Source: Octopus bimaculoides (lineage: Eukaryota). Taken from it: a stretch of DNA of 64,000 bases. The notes beneath the pieces are model-generated. The model made no database searches. It had not been told where the DNA came from and worked only from the letters and a program-made list of their open reading frames with translations. Both the position numbers and the translations under genes were made by a program. Position 1 is the first letter of the stretch; every line of letters starts with the position of its first letter. The stretch is from assembly GCF_001194135.2 (NCBI RefSeq), contig NC_068999.1:50902326-50966325 (forward strand), read 5' to 3'. Of this stretch, positions 38,173-51,700 are shown one piece after another.

Positions 38173-39285
38173 GAGTGTTTGAGTGCGTAAGAGTATGAGC
38201 TTAAGATCATAATAGTTTGAGGTATCGAATCTCAAGCGTACTAATACAATGAATTTACACTACAACCATTGCTCCAGAACGTGTCGATGGTATATAAATT
38301 TTGGCTAGTGCAGTTCATCTATGAGTAATACGCACAGTTAATAGTCATAGCTTCACAATATAATATCCAAATGGTTTTGTAATTAAACTCATTGAGCTTG
38401 AAGCAAATGATCAATGACTTTCAAACATCCTGGGACCAGATGAAACACAACAGCAACTTGTGCTTGTCTATTACGAAGTTTTTTTCTCAACCCCAGCGAT
38501 GCGGGAGAACAGAGCGTTAGGATAGAACCATGGACGCTTTGATCGATATTCTGTTAACAGTGTTATTGTACCATATTTCTCACCGCAGGACAGTTTAGAT
38601 TTACTCTGAATAAAAATGTATATAAATTTTTGGCTAAAGATAATTTCCTGTTTGCGAGTCCGTACATATCTGTTAGTGAACTGTTTTGAGATTTTGTATA
38701 TTGTTAGTATATAGACGTTAACTGAGTGTGCACACTAACCGATAGCGTGTATGCGACTGTATGTATATGCCTTTATGTGGTTGTATCAATGCGTCCTTAT
38801 GTGTTTCACCATATTTCATATGTGAATAATATACATCTAATATTTCATAAAAATTTTATAAGTTTCAAATTGACATCTGAACTATACTTTGAACCAATTT
38901 ACCAAAGCAGATGAGTTTTTCTGAATTATTATATTTTAATACAAGTGTCAAATTAATTAATGGGAGATTATATTTCGTCGAGACCCAACTATATTTTATC
39001 ATGACTCGATGCTTCAGAAAATAGTAAAGATCATAAAAAAAAATAGAGAGAGAAATTCTTGTAGTATCATCCATGTACGTTTATTGGTCACAAGTACTTA
39101 TGGCAATTTCCCAATAACTCAAGAATAGCTAAAATAATATGATCGCTATAATAAATATGTATGAAAGATATTGCAGTGTCAGAAAACGTAGAGAATCTAA
39201 TTACCTACATGGAAATAGTTTGGTATTTTCTTCAACCTGACGAGGTTTACTTTTCTTTCACTTACTCAGATTTTGTAAGTACTAC

Positions 39286-39332
<47 letters not shown>

Positions 39333-41242
39333 TTAAATATATATATATATATATTTATATNNNNNNNNNNNNNNNNNNNNNNNNNNNNNNNNNNNNNNNN
39401 NNNNNNNNNNNNNNNNNNNNNNNNNNNNNNNNNNNNNNNNNNNNNNNNNNNNNNNNNNNNNNNNNNNNNNNNNNNNNNNNNNNNNNNNNNATATATATAT
39501 ATATATATATATATAAATTACATAAACACATACACCACAATCATACATTTAGGCTTATGATTATGCCAAAAAATCCTTATTGTGAAGTCATTGTTACGAA
39601 GTATCTAATATTGTTTAGGCTTTTCTGAATTTCTCCTTCTGCTCAGTTCAAATTCTGAAGGCATTGACGTTGTGCTTATGTTTGTTTAGCTGAACAGATA
39701 TTTTAAAAAATCAAGTGCTAGGCTACGTCAGTATCATTGAATACGTTGTCCTAGAACACTTCTAGAAGATTTGTACTTTTTTAAAAATAAATATAACAGA
39801 CCAACATGTTGGAATGAAATATCGGCAGATAATTTCAGAAGTTTTTACCAAGATTTAGTTACAGGAAATTCTCATTTTCAGTATAATATTTTGTGACTCT
39901 CGAGGATTTATAAAATACAATACGTAGTAACCATCTGCTCAATTCTTATCAATCGACCAATACCTATTCTTAAGAGCTGTGGCCATCTGCCAAATTTATA
40001 ACACTTTTGTTATCGTGTTGATCACAACAGCTGCAATGGATAGTGTAGACAGCAGAAACCGCTTCTGAAACCATTCCCCAGACATTCCTGCAATATTATA
40101 TACAGAAAAGTCATTAGTAGACGTAGCTTATGGAGAGCTTATATTTGAATGAATTACTGTTGAATAAAAGCTAACGAAGTTCGTGAATCTATTAAAACTT
40201 TCGTTTAAAAACAATTGTTTCCACTTATACTGAGATTTTGTCATATTCAAGATTTGGAAGAAAATGTGTACAGCAGGTGTTTACTTAGCTTTTGGCACAT
40301 GTAGATATGGAAGTAAGAAATTGTTCTGAACCAAACTTTTAAGCATACTTGTATTGCAGCGTCTATTTCTGCTGTCCTGGTCTATGAATATGGTGAACTC
40401 CAACTGAAGCGTAAGTACAGCTATAAATATGCAATGACAGAGAGATTTACTGATGGTATGTCGATCGAAGAGACATGGGTTAACATCCTTATTCTTTGTG
40501 GTTGCCAATGATATGAGATTAGATTCTGGACTGTAAATGCCTGCACGTATGAGTAAGTTCTTAAGAGGTGTTGGCACTTACAGATATATGATACTAATTC
40601 ACCTGCCGTCGGATACCCATGTTTAGATGGGTATATGGTCTTTATTGTACCATGTTAACCGTTGGAAGTTGGTACAGATCATCAGCTGCCTGAATCGAAA
40701 TCAGTACATAGTGTGTTAGTGTATTCAATGTCATTACTTTCTCATCGCTAGAAGACTGCAATTGCAAGGGAGAGAACTCCGCTATAAGGAATCGTGGCAG
40801 ATACCCTACATATGACCCGGAGCCAAATGGTTCTGCTAAAAACGTGTGCCAAACCACACACACACACACACACTTATTAACATGGCATGAATGTCATCCA
40901 ATTTATTCTGAACGATGCGTACATAAATCTTACCTGGGAGAGTATTTATTTTTAAAGAAGTTACGCATGCTATGTGTTTTACTATTCAATCAAATTATAG
41001 ATATTTTATTGCTTTGTAGATGTTGTAGAATATGAGATTTACATGGATATTATAAGGATATTATATAAGGTAGACGTTTACTTATCTAAAGTAGTTATAA
41101 TACTAATTTGTATATTTTATAAATGAATTTCTAACTGTAGTTTGGAGAAGATCTGCTACTTTCCCCATCTTTTGTTCTATGAAATGAGCAATTATCACGG
41201 ATTTGTGTCGTGTTTATCATTATCAACACGATCAATTGGAAC

Positions 41243-41460
41243 AGCGGTGAGGTGGCATAATCGTTAGCACGCCGGACAGAATATTTAGCGGCATTTCGTC
41301 CTCCTTTACGTTCTTAGTTGAAATTCCACCGAGGTCAACTTTACGTTTCTTCCTTCCGAGGTCAATGAAATAAATAGTAGTTGAGTACTTCCCCACTTAC
41401 TTAAACGACTTACTCTCTCCCTGAAATTGCTGGCCTTATGCCTAAATTTTAAATCAATAT
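41243..41460 (+). mobile_element. SINE family A, near full length
   Basis: GCGGTGAGGTGGCATAATCGTTAGCACGCCGGACAGAATATTTAGCGGCATTTCGTC..AAATTCCACCGAGGTCAACTT..AAATTGCTGGCCTTATGCCTAAATTT. Confidence 0.82.
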
Positions 41461-43880
41461 CAACAAAGGGAATACGTCAGCTTGTACAGAATCAAGGCGA
41501 TGCAGGCAAAACCCATTTTCGTCATCGTAATCTCTCAATCTGTAGCAGTGTAGCTCTATTAAATTTATCCGATGATATTTATATAGTGGAATTTGTCTTT
41601 ACAAAGACATATTCTATATACCATATAACAGTTTGGTAATCAAGAATGAAATATTTTCAAATGATTTGAAAACTAAGCTAAAGAAGACCCTTTCTTTGTT
41701 ATATGCTTTGCAGCACTTCCGAATCCTTTCAGCCATATGTCATGAGGTTAACGCAGAAAATTCATTTGGGCAAATCAAATAAACAGAAACAGTATGCATT
41801 AGTAATCTACCTGCTGGATGAATTGAAATCTATATTGCAAGCTAAGGAATCATTTCCCAATAATTTTTAAGTGTTTTCACTGATTAGATTGGCGAGTAGT
41901 GAATATTTTAAGTTAGTGGAACGAAATATGTGAATATTCCTTGCTTCTGTCCTGAAAACATCATAGTGAATGAATAGAAGATTAGAACTAACGCGTTCTC
42001 AGCTAATTGTATGTTGTGATATCAATATAGTCGCCCCTTCTATCTTCTTTTGTTTTCCCCTTGATACATAAATGAATATATCTTCCCATCAAATAAAACA
42101 TTGCAAGCTGTAATAAATCCTTCTTGAAAAGATACTTAAATTTAATGAAGTGGGAACTAAATAGAAAACTGAAATCCATCTTTACAAGTTCACTAAAACA
42201 TTGCATATTAATCATATACCCTGTAGAATCCTAATGCTGTACTTCATTTAATTAATCCCATTAGCTGGTTGCCAGTTAATATAAAGTGTGGTTATTCCTT
42301 TGCCTGTGTGACATCACAGTTTTGAAATGAATCGAACATTGTCGAGGTAAGATAATGGTAATGTTTCATTAACTTGTTACAAGCATTAATGATAGAGGAT
42401 TATAATGAATGACTATATTATATCCCATAATCTAGTGTGATAAATGAGATCAATTAGTTGACTTTACATGTTCACAGATATACATCCACGTAATAGGTGC
42501 CCTGTGTGGTTTTGGCTTTCAGAAAGTGAGAAAATGAGAGTTGTCATGACAATAACTACACTAAGAGATTTACTTGAAAATCAAATCAGAAGCAGTCACA
42601 ATCGTGAATTGAAACTGGTTCGAAAGTTCACACCGCGCCCAAACTCTACATTAGCTAATTTGCTGATCTATGACAGGAGACTCACCACCAAGCTAGGTAT
42701 AAACAATGTAACTATAATTTAGTTCGATGAAAGCAACAATCAATAAAGCTAATAAAGCTCAAATTGTAGTATATTCTGGTATCGCAAACCGAAGCAGGAA
42801 TAAATTACCTCTGCTGTAGATTTAATGTCAATTCAAAGAAGCATTCGAGTGACGGACAAACATGCTTTATGTTATTCGTTCCAGGACTTTGCGTTATGAG
42901 TTCGAATTCCAATAAGTTCAACGTTGTTCTTACTACATTCATTTTACGGAAAGTCGTACTATTTTGTAATTTAAGGTTACTTATAGGCTTGTAAATGGAT
43001 TAGTCAGGTACACACACCAGAAATCAGATTGAGATAGAGTTGGTTTTGGTGATATTAGATTTCTATTAAGAATTTTAAACTGGGTATCTCAGAAAGTTAT
43101 AAATCATATTTCTAAGAGTGTTTTTTTTTTAGTGCGAATTTTATGTATTTTCTACATTTTTATCTTTTATATTTTTCCACTTATTAGAGTTATTTCCCTT
43201 ATATTTAAGGGGTTTTCGTAGCGTCTGTTGCCATTAATAGCCGACGAGAATGTATCGTAGCTCTTAGCTCTGGCATTCGAAACTCCGAGTACTATAATGA
43301 GAACCTTTTACTGTTTGTTCTAATTTATAACATATATAAATAATCCTATATTTCTCTAATATCGATGTCTCATTCTTTCGTTGTTACATGTTACTATTAC
43401 TACATATATATATATACATATATACGCAATGATGAATGGATAGATGAATGGATTTCTGCGTGCCCCCTCTTATTTCAAATAACGTATTTCCTGACATATA
43501 GAAACATTTTCTAGGTAATAAATTATAATTGAGTATATCGTTTTGTCGAGGAATTGCTTCAAATTCAAATGGAAACGTAAATAAAAATATGTTGTTACTA
43601 TATATTAATACCAGAAATAATATACAAATATATTTATATCAGAAATGTTATACGCAAAAAGAAACATAAATAGAAATATAAGCACAAGATGTTGAAGCAT
43701 GTGAACGATTCTTTAAGTAAAATGAGAGAAATTTTCGTGTTTCCATTTATATATTTTCCCATTGTAAGTTTGTTTTATAATGTTATGCTATTTTTATATT
43801 AAAGATGTTTGTAATAAAACACTAATGCAGTTTTATGAGATTACTACGTAAGATAAAATATTTCCGATATACTAACATAC

Positions 43881-43884
<4 letters not shown>

Positions 43885-43964
<80 letters not shown>

Positions 43965-44060
43965 ATATGTATTTATTTATTTATATATTTGTAATATATG
44001 TGTGTATATGGGAATGTATAGAATACATGTATACAAATCTCTCTCTCTCTCTCTCGTTCT
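43885..44060. repeat. (TA)n and (CT)n microsatellites
   Basis: Directly visible. Confidence 0.92.
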
Positions 44061-44682
44061 TTTTCTCTTCCCTGTATGTGAGTGTGTTGCTGAGTTTTTT
44101 GGGGCTTTCACATTCAAAACTTCTGACTGGTTTACTGATGAAATAATACAGAGGCTCGCACATTTCGTCACCGAATCTGTAGGGAAGGCCACTACATGGA
44201 CATGGCTTGGCATGAAAAGGGCCAACCAGTGTTTTACATTCGGAATAGCAGTTGAGTCTTGATTAAAAAGACGGGTCAACTAGGCGAGGCAGGGGTCAAT
44301 GTTAAAAGACGCGAAACGACTGAAACCTCAGGAACATCCTTCTTATGCATTCTATATCATCAGTTAGATGCATGTTGAAACAGTGAATGCATACATACGT
44401 TTGTGTGTGTGTGTGTGTGTTATGTCCACTTTTGCGCAAGGTCAGTTGCTTATGTTATTGCATAATACATTATTAGGATGGGAGCAGCGTGTTGGGGGTG
44501 CACGTCGTTATCACGTGAGTGAAATTTCAGGCTTACAATTAAGGACAAAAGTTATTGTGCATAGATTAGTCATCGAACGAATGCCATTGTTATAAATTGT
44601 TTGTTGCCAATTACTCTTTGGCGATATATGTACATTCATACAAACTAATAGATGGGTTTCTGGTGCGTATGTGTGCGTGTAT

Positions 44683-44719
<37 letters not shown>

Positions 44720-44725
44720 CGTGTA

Positions 44726-44764
<39 letters not shown>

Positions 44765-45509
44765 TTTCGTGATTAATTACGCTGTGCTACTTTGAAAGAA
44801 AGTGAACCGTCACATTCCAATGTTGTTAATAAGGTTGTACCTACTGGCTAGTTGGCATTGACTTAAACATTGACAATCTGTTTAAAACAAGCTACGAGTT
44901 ATTTAACTTGGCAGACAATTTTTTTTTCAAATATACACAACCGCTTACGTTTTTAAACAAATTGGCCAAGAACATAATTAGATTAGTGTATATCTGGTTT
45001 AATTTGCGGTAAAGGTATATCTTGATTTGCAGCACTTTATATTACTTACTTATTTATATGGACTTTTCAAAAGTATTTTATTAGTTTTGAAAGTGAAAAT
45101 GAAAAAACAAAAAAAAAACAAAAAAGAATATCAGAAGTGTTTCATTTTCAACAGAAAACATTTTAACGCTGCTCTGATAAGTAGTAATTTAAAAAAAAAA
45201 GAATGTTTGCAACAATTTATTAACTTTTAACTCATTTGTTTTCATAACAAATCCGTATTGTTTATATTTGCATTCTTGAAATCTTCGTAAAATTATCAGT
45301 GATCTGGTGGTAGCTGTGAGATAAAAACTGATAACTCATGAAATAAATCTATATTCAAAGTGAATTTTCATGTGATGTTACGGTCAATAGATAATTTATG
45401 CGTTGTTCTATTGTAAGAATAGCTTTTCGTAGATGTAATTACTTTAATTTCGACAAACGGTCTGAGATCAAAGCCCATACAAAACAAGTACAGCTTTGAA
45501 ATTTCGAAA

Positions 45510-46020
45510 GCAATAGCCTGGGGGCGCTTTCGATCAGGTGTCAGAAGACGTGGGACCGACCGACTAGAAATCATCGTCATGCCAAGTTCATCGTGCAGAA
45601 CATTCTCAACTCTCTCACGGGACTAACTAATAGCATTAGCTCTTTGATTTATAATCAATCAGCTGTAATCCATCACCATGTGGTGAACACGATCAACATT
45701 TTCATCGGTGGTAGTAGTTAGAGGAGGTCCAAATCTTGGATCATCTTCGAGACTCTTCGTTCCCCTCCTAATTTCAGCCGCCAACTTTACTACTGTTGAT
45801 AAAGCTGGAGCGTCATCCCCTAATGTAGCAATCTTGTTAACATGAACACTTTAGGTGGCTAAACGCTTTTTCTGCAGGTACATGATAGCAGCATGATGCC
45901 AAATTTTATCTATTTTCCAGAGGATTCGCTATTTGAAGTTTTCTTCTTAACAGTGAGGTATTAGTTTACCTGGAAAGAACCAATGCAATTATTAATAAGA
46001 ATAATTGAAATTAAGGCATG
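45510..46020 (-). mobile_element. mariner transposon 5' fragment (HTH region), decayed
   Basis: Minus-strand translation reads DKIWHHAAIMYLQKK..IATLGDDAPALSTVVKLAAEIRRGTKSLEDDPRFG..TTTTDENVDRVHHMVMD..SRERVENVLHDELGMTMISSRSVPRLLTPDRKR. The upstream non-coding stretch also resembles that of the 10280-10770 copy. Confidence 0.9.
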
Positions 46021-46054
46021 CTTATATGTCTTAGTTTCGTTTTTATCTCTGTGT

Positions 46055-46092
<38 letters not shown>

Positions 46093-46183
46093 CTATATGA
46101 ATAATAAATCCTCGCGTTGAAGACGACGATGACGGATGAGTGTTGAGCTGCACAAATAATTTGTTTATAGTGATGAAATGTAT

Positions 46184-46367
46184 GTCAAATCGACATTGCC
46201 TGAACAAGTGCACGAGGTACCACGCGTCAGGTGTCGAAGTAATCGCAGAGCAACGTGAAATGAATTTTGCTCAACAAAAAAAACCCGCATCACCTTGTCT
46301 AGGAAGTGAAACAACGATCTCGCGGTCGTGAGTGCAACACCCTTACCACTCGGCCACGCGTCCTCAC
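46184..46367 (-). mobile_element. tRNA-derived SINE family D (head related to family B)
   Basis: The reverse complement reads GTGAGGACGCGTGGCCGAGTGGTAAGGGTGTTGCACTCACGACCGCGAGATCG..TTGAGCAAAATTCATTTCACGTTGCTC. It is related to 59199-59380 and 54404-54545. Confidence 0.72.
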
Positions 46368-46589
46368 ACAGCCCCACACACACACATATATGTATATATA
46401 TATATATATNNNNNNNNNNNNNNNNNNNNNNNNNNNNNNNNNNNNNNNNNNNNNNNNNNNNNNNNNNNNNNNNNNNNNNNNNNNNNNNNNNNNNNNNNNN
46501 NNNNNNNNNNNNNNNNNNNNNNNNNNNNNNNNNNNNNNNNNNNNNNNNNNNNNNNATATATGCGTGCGTATATGCGTGAGTGTATGAAT

Positions 46590-46737
46590 GTGTGTTTTGG
46601 GGCGTCTACCAATACCTCGCAATCGCTTGATAACCACTATTGTTTTGGTCCTTTCCCCGTCGCCTAACGGCTCAGCAAAAGAAATCGACCGCCTAAGAGT
46701 CAGCAGGCCAATGAGTGAAACAAGTAACCGGTAAAAG
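46590..46737 (+). mobile_element. SINE family C, degenerate 3' half
   Basis: ATCGCTTGATAACC..TCCCCGTCGCCTAACGGCTCAGCAAAAGAAATCGA..TGAAACAAGTAA follows a TG-type tract. Confidence 0.55.
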
Positions 46738-49569
46738 AAGCATATCTGCTGTCCATATATTCATTTCTAAAAGTGTGTTCATGACTTTACTCTCGTGTCC
46801 GTATTTACGTATTTACGTAGATAAAGAATAGCTGTCTTTTAAACATATATTTATAGTTCGTTTGGCTATGAGTTTGGTATTTCCTTAGATTTTGTTCAGG
46901 TTTTTTTATTAGTACTTCACTCTACGTATATTGAATGTATACGCTTGTGAGTGTATATATATATATTTAAGCGTAATGAGAGCAGCTTTTCTTTTAAACA
47001 TGGTGCTGATTCAACTATTTATGGGTTCAAAGTTTTATCAAATATTTTTTGATATCTCCTTATTAGTTCTTTATTCTTAGCTTGGAATAATATGCGTCCA
47101 AGATGCATTAATGTTTAAAAATCTTATAAATCTTATCTTCCTTATATTCTGTGGATGACAGTGGCACATTTATTGCCTTCATTTTATTGAAGGTGGCAAT
47201 GATCGTGGGAACGATGGTTTCACTGATAAAAATTACCATCTCGCTATTTAATATTAGTTTAAGTGTTAACTTCAAGTTACTTTCAACATCCAATAGGATG
47301 GCATCCTTAAAAGGAGAAAGATCAACTAGATAACCTCACCGCGGATGCTGCCCTGATAAAAGCTGTTGGATCACATTTTAAATACATATTATCATATATA
47401 TCATGAGTCTTAGTTCACCTGTGACTAAACAAAAAAAATAAATACTAAGTATGTTTACGTTTTGGTCGGAAACCCACGTCTTTATTATGAGTAAAAAATA
47501 TGTAAGTCATTGAAAAACGAAATAAAGTGTGGAGTCTGGAATGTGATGCTGAATCTAGAAAATAAATACAGAACATAGCACATTTGAAATGGGATGTAAG
47601 AACACAATATGTAGCAATGAAGAAAATAAGTTGCAGATACATAGAAAAAGGGGAGCATATTTAATAAATGAATTTATGGATGAATAAGCTAATATATTCC
47701 TAGATTGAATGGATGACTGGATGTGTTTACGCATGATTTGATATTTAAGTTTGAAGGTAAGAAAATCGGATATATTTCTGCAATCATATCGTGATGAAAT
47801 ACAATAAAATTTAAGGGCGAAAAATATGGGATTGAAAGATAGAAAAAAACAATTCGAATAGAGATAAAATTTAAGGAGCGAATGGAAATTAAATGAAGAA
47901 CATCTTCTAATATAAAACGTCTCACAGATATAAATAAACAAATAAATAGAAATGTAATATAAAATAAATGGAATACATATATTAATAGAAACAAAACAGA
48001 GGATGGAAAATATTCCTTAAAAAAATGAAACAAATATAAAGGGAAATGAAAGAAATTTAAAATTTAAGGAAAAAGTACTTAAATAAAGCATTTAATGCAT
48101 GGATGAATGAAATAATGAAAGCATTGAAACTTGGGGAATTTATGCATAAATAAAGAAACCATAAATTTCAGAAAATACTGTAGGGGATGGGAAAATATAA
48201 GACGGATTATAGAGGTTTCCTAAAAAAAAAAAAATCAAAAACGCATCTGAAGATAAAACAGATAAAACGAGAAATGGGGAGAAAGTTCTCCAAACCAATG
48301 TGTGTATGTGTGTGTGCGTGTGTGTATGTGTGCGTGTGTGTGTGTGTGCGTATGCATATATGTGTGTGTGCAATTATGTATGTATATGTGTATTTATGTG
48401 TACATGGAGAAAATGAAAGCTGTTTGTTTATAGATTTTTAAATATGTATAAAATTACGAAATATGATTATATATATATATATATATANNNNNNNNNNNNN
48501 NNNNNNNNNNNNNNNNNNNNNNNNNNNNNNATATATTTATATATAATCATATAAAATCATATATATGTATAATTTTATATACACGTGTGTGCGCGTGCGT
48601 GTGTAAATAAATTTGCATCATTAAAAAATGAGACAATTTTTTAAAGCCAGTATCACTTGGTGTTTCAACTGACCGGTATGACATTTGTCCAATGCAAAGT
48701 ACGACATTTCTTTAAATACCGATATTTATCTACCATTATCATATTATCATATAATCGCAGTCGGAAATGGATTATGAAGAATTTAGAAGTTTCCCCGTGA
48801 ACGTTAATACTGATCGTAATGGGACTGAAAACGGTATCATGTGGTTTAGAAGCAAACTTCTTAACACGCGAGGAATTCTTTTGTATATTCTTCAATACAT
48901 ACACACATACAAGCATACATATGTGTGCGTGCGTGCGTGGGTGCGTGCGTGCGCATATGCGTTTGCTTTTGTATTTGAGTGTGTGTATATCTGTATCCGT
49001 ATGCATGAATGTGGTGGGTGTTCCAGTGAGTGTATGATCAATATGATTGGACGAACAAACATCAGCAGTGCTGTCGCGATGCAGCAAAGCGGTGGCGTTC
49101 TATCGCTCTGTAAGAGATTCACCTACACTCTGAATGACTGACAGCCATAAGGAATCTATCTAAGAATATGTAAAATGATTGTTACTGTTTAATTCTGATC
49201 TTGACATGCTTTGTTTTGAAAGAGCTTTTGTTATTTTTTCATTGCGATAATTTACTGGATTATAACTGTTATCTTTGACATCAAACCCTAGAAGTTCTCT
49301 ATCATTTCTCTCCATAATGCCATATGAACTTTTACGTGGGATTAGCATACCACGCATTAAAAATCATTAAGAATAATTTAGAATTATTATCTATAATCAC
49401 ATGTATTGTACTAGAGAATAGATATTTATATTGTTAACTATATAGATATATACGATTCTTCAACCATTGTACACACTGAAAACTAATTCTCATGACAGAC
49501 ACACACGTATAAGAATAACAGCCATAGAACACAAGTTGATTACATTTCGCATAGGAGAGTTAATTATAA

Positions 49570-49612
49570 ATGTGTATGTGCGTGTGTGTGTGTGTGTATC
49601 CTTTTGCATGTA

Positions 49613-49673
<61 letters not shown>

Positions 49674-49733
49674 TTAAACATGTATGCACGTATATATAAT
49701 ATACACATATATATGTATGTGTGTGTGTGCGTG

Positions 49734-49774
<41 letters not shown>

Positions 49775-49775
49775 G
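49570..49775. repeat. (TG)/(TA)n microsatellite region
   Basis: Directly visible. Confidence 0.93.
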
Positions 49776-50379
49776 TCGTACTGAATAGAGACTAGCGCTA
49801 AATCTACTGTTTCCTTCATCTATTATTATATAGACATATCTGTGTGTGTCCTGTGCGTGCGTATGTGTGAGCACGCGCAAGTGTGTAGTTACTTGTGTTG
49901 TTGTACATATGTGTCAGCACGCCTTGATATACTGGGTTATATATATGCCTAAGTGAGTATTAAATGCGCATAAGTTATAGAACCCATAGATATTTATTTA
50001 ATAAATTGTAATAAGATCTGTACTCTTAGCGACACAAGCAGAAGCAATGTGCCACCCACACAAATACCTACGCATTCATTAATGACTGCCGTGCAGTAAT
50101 TCCACATATACATGGAGAAATCAGAGTGCTTCAAAGAGGAATCCGTAGAGAAGTTATACATGTAAATAGGCTTAACATACGCCACGTTATTTGTAAAATA
50201 TTTACACGCGTGTGGGAGCATATATAACACCTATAATATAAAATGGTGTCTACTCACATAAAATATACATTCATATACACTCAGGTATGCATTAATATGA
50301 TTAACTCACATGCTTATCTAGCAAACCTATGTTAAATCACAAAATCACTCACGCACAAACGCGAACGCGAGCACACATG

Positions 50380-50436
<57 letters not shown>

Positions 50437-50537
50437 CGTCCTCTGTATGGTGGGATGGAAAATTTATTTCATGCAAAATTTTGTAGTCTGTTAGCAATTT
50501 TTAAGAATATTTAATTCCATTAAACTAAGTTCTAATC

Positions 50538-50599
<62 letters not shown>

Positions 50600-50764
50600 T
50601 ATATACACATATATGCTTTATTCACTCATCTTCATTCTATGCTTTCCTCATTCACATTCAGAACTGGAATTACTACTATTGTTTAATAAACGTTTCAATC
50701 AGTTTCATTCGACTTTAAAATTCATGGATGCGGACAGCGAACTCATCTTATCAGATATCTAGAG

Positions 50765-51700
50765 AAGTATAACGGGGTGTAAGATAATTTCATGATGCCT
50801 TCTAAATTTTAGGCTTCTATCGGTCAATTCAGGAAATGTGGTGTAAATGTTGCAGATCTGATCCACATGCCCGTTGATAGGTAGTCCGCTGGGGGAGTAT
50901 GCCATTGATAGGGTGACTGTTAATAGGGTAGCACGTTGATAAGGATGTCGTTAATTGGGAGGTGGTTGATAGGGAAGTAGATTGTAGGGTGGTGGCTGAT
51001 AGGATAGGCCGTTGTTAGGGAAGTCGTTGATAGGGAAGCGTTTGATAGGGAGGTGGTTCATAGACTAGGCTGTTGATAGGGAGGCGATTGATAGGGACGT
51101 CGCCAATAGTGCGAGCTATCGATAGGACATCACTATGGTGGCCAGCTGCGCAATGATGTATTCATTCAAAAACATCAGTACATTGCATTTAATAGCACAT
51201 ATGTTATGGCAGGGTGTTCTCGCGAGATAGTCGCTCGGTGGCCGTTCAGTAGAGTATTAACAGATTAGCGACAGCACAATTCACGTGGGAACAAAACCAG
51301 ATTTGATGGTATTAGGTTCAAATTGATGCTGGATGATCAGCATGTTCGGATGGTAAGCTGCATAGGCGGCAGAGATAAAATAATCTGCTACCGTGCGTAT
51401 GGTCAGCCAATCCTAGTATTGTAAACCAGTCAGCTTCCAGTGACCGATAGAAGTTCGGAGATTCTTCTACTTACGTTGTGGCTGTAAGCAAAATTCTTGA
51501 TGAGCTCTCTACAAGGTTGCTACATGCCCTCTGCAAGAGCAGGGGAGGTATGTCCACTAAGTCGACATTTGTCAAATTGATGGTGAATGATTGAGACAGA
51601 CTGCAATCTTTAACAGATCCTTCCTGAATCTTACCCATAGCGTGGCCGTTCGTTAGCCTGAAATTGCCAGATCATCATTCCTAAACAGGGTAGCTTAAAT
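50765..51700 (-). mobile_element. probable decayed Ty3/Gypsy LTR-retrotransposon gag (to pol) remnant
   Basis: This is a locally GC-richer island. Collinear minus-strand fragments across frameshifts read FKLP, LFRNDD, SLSQSFTINLTNVDLVDIPP, TL*RELIK, RRISELLSVTG, ILGLADHTHGSRLFYL and MQ-LPS-NMLII, then after the minisatellite TFPELT (50822-50836). The order fits the KLPPFW..DLxxxPP..LKxxLI..LL..LFLQRLP gag pattern. Aligned by eye only. Confidence 0.5.
50872..51130. repeat. degenerate ~15-bp minisatellite (consensus GTTGATAGGGAGGTG), about 16-17 units
   Basis: Units are directly visible, e.g. gttgatagggaagta, gttgttagggaagtc, gttgatagggaagcg, tttgatagggaggtg, gttgatagggaggcg, attgatagggacgtc. 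Confidence 0.9.

Noticed and set aside
42217-42228. TACCCTGTAGAA match to the miR-10 5' end
   Set aside because: The match ends after 12 nt, and there is no complementary arm on either side to form a hairpin.
44085-44262. WTWLGMKR..F as a C-type lectin motif
   Set aside because: It has no conserved cysteines or WxDG, and no convincing splice sites.
48767-49357. ORFs MDYEEFRSF.. (plus) and MRGMLIPRK.. (minus)
   Set aside because: The first reads through a TG-rich tract and the second is 65 aa with no motif. Both lengths are expected by chance.
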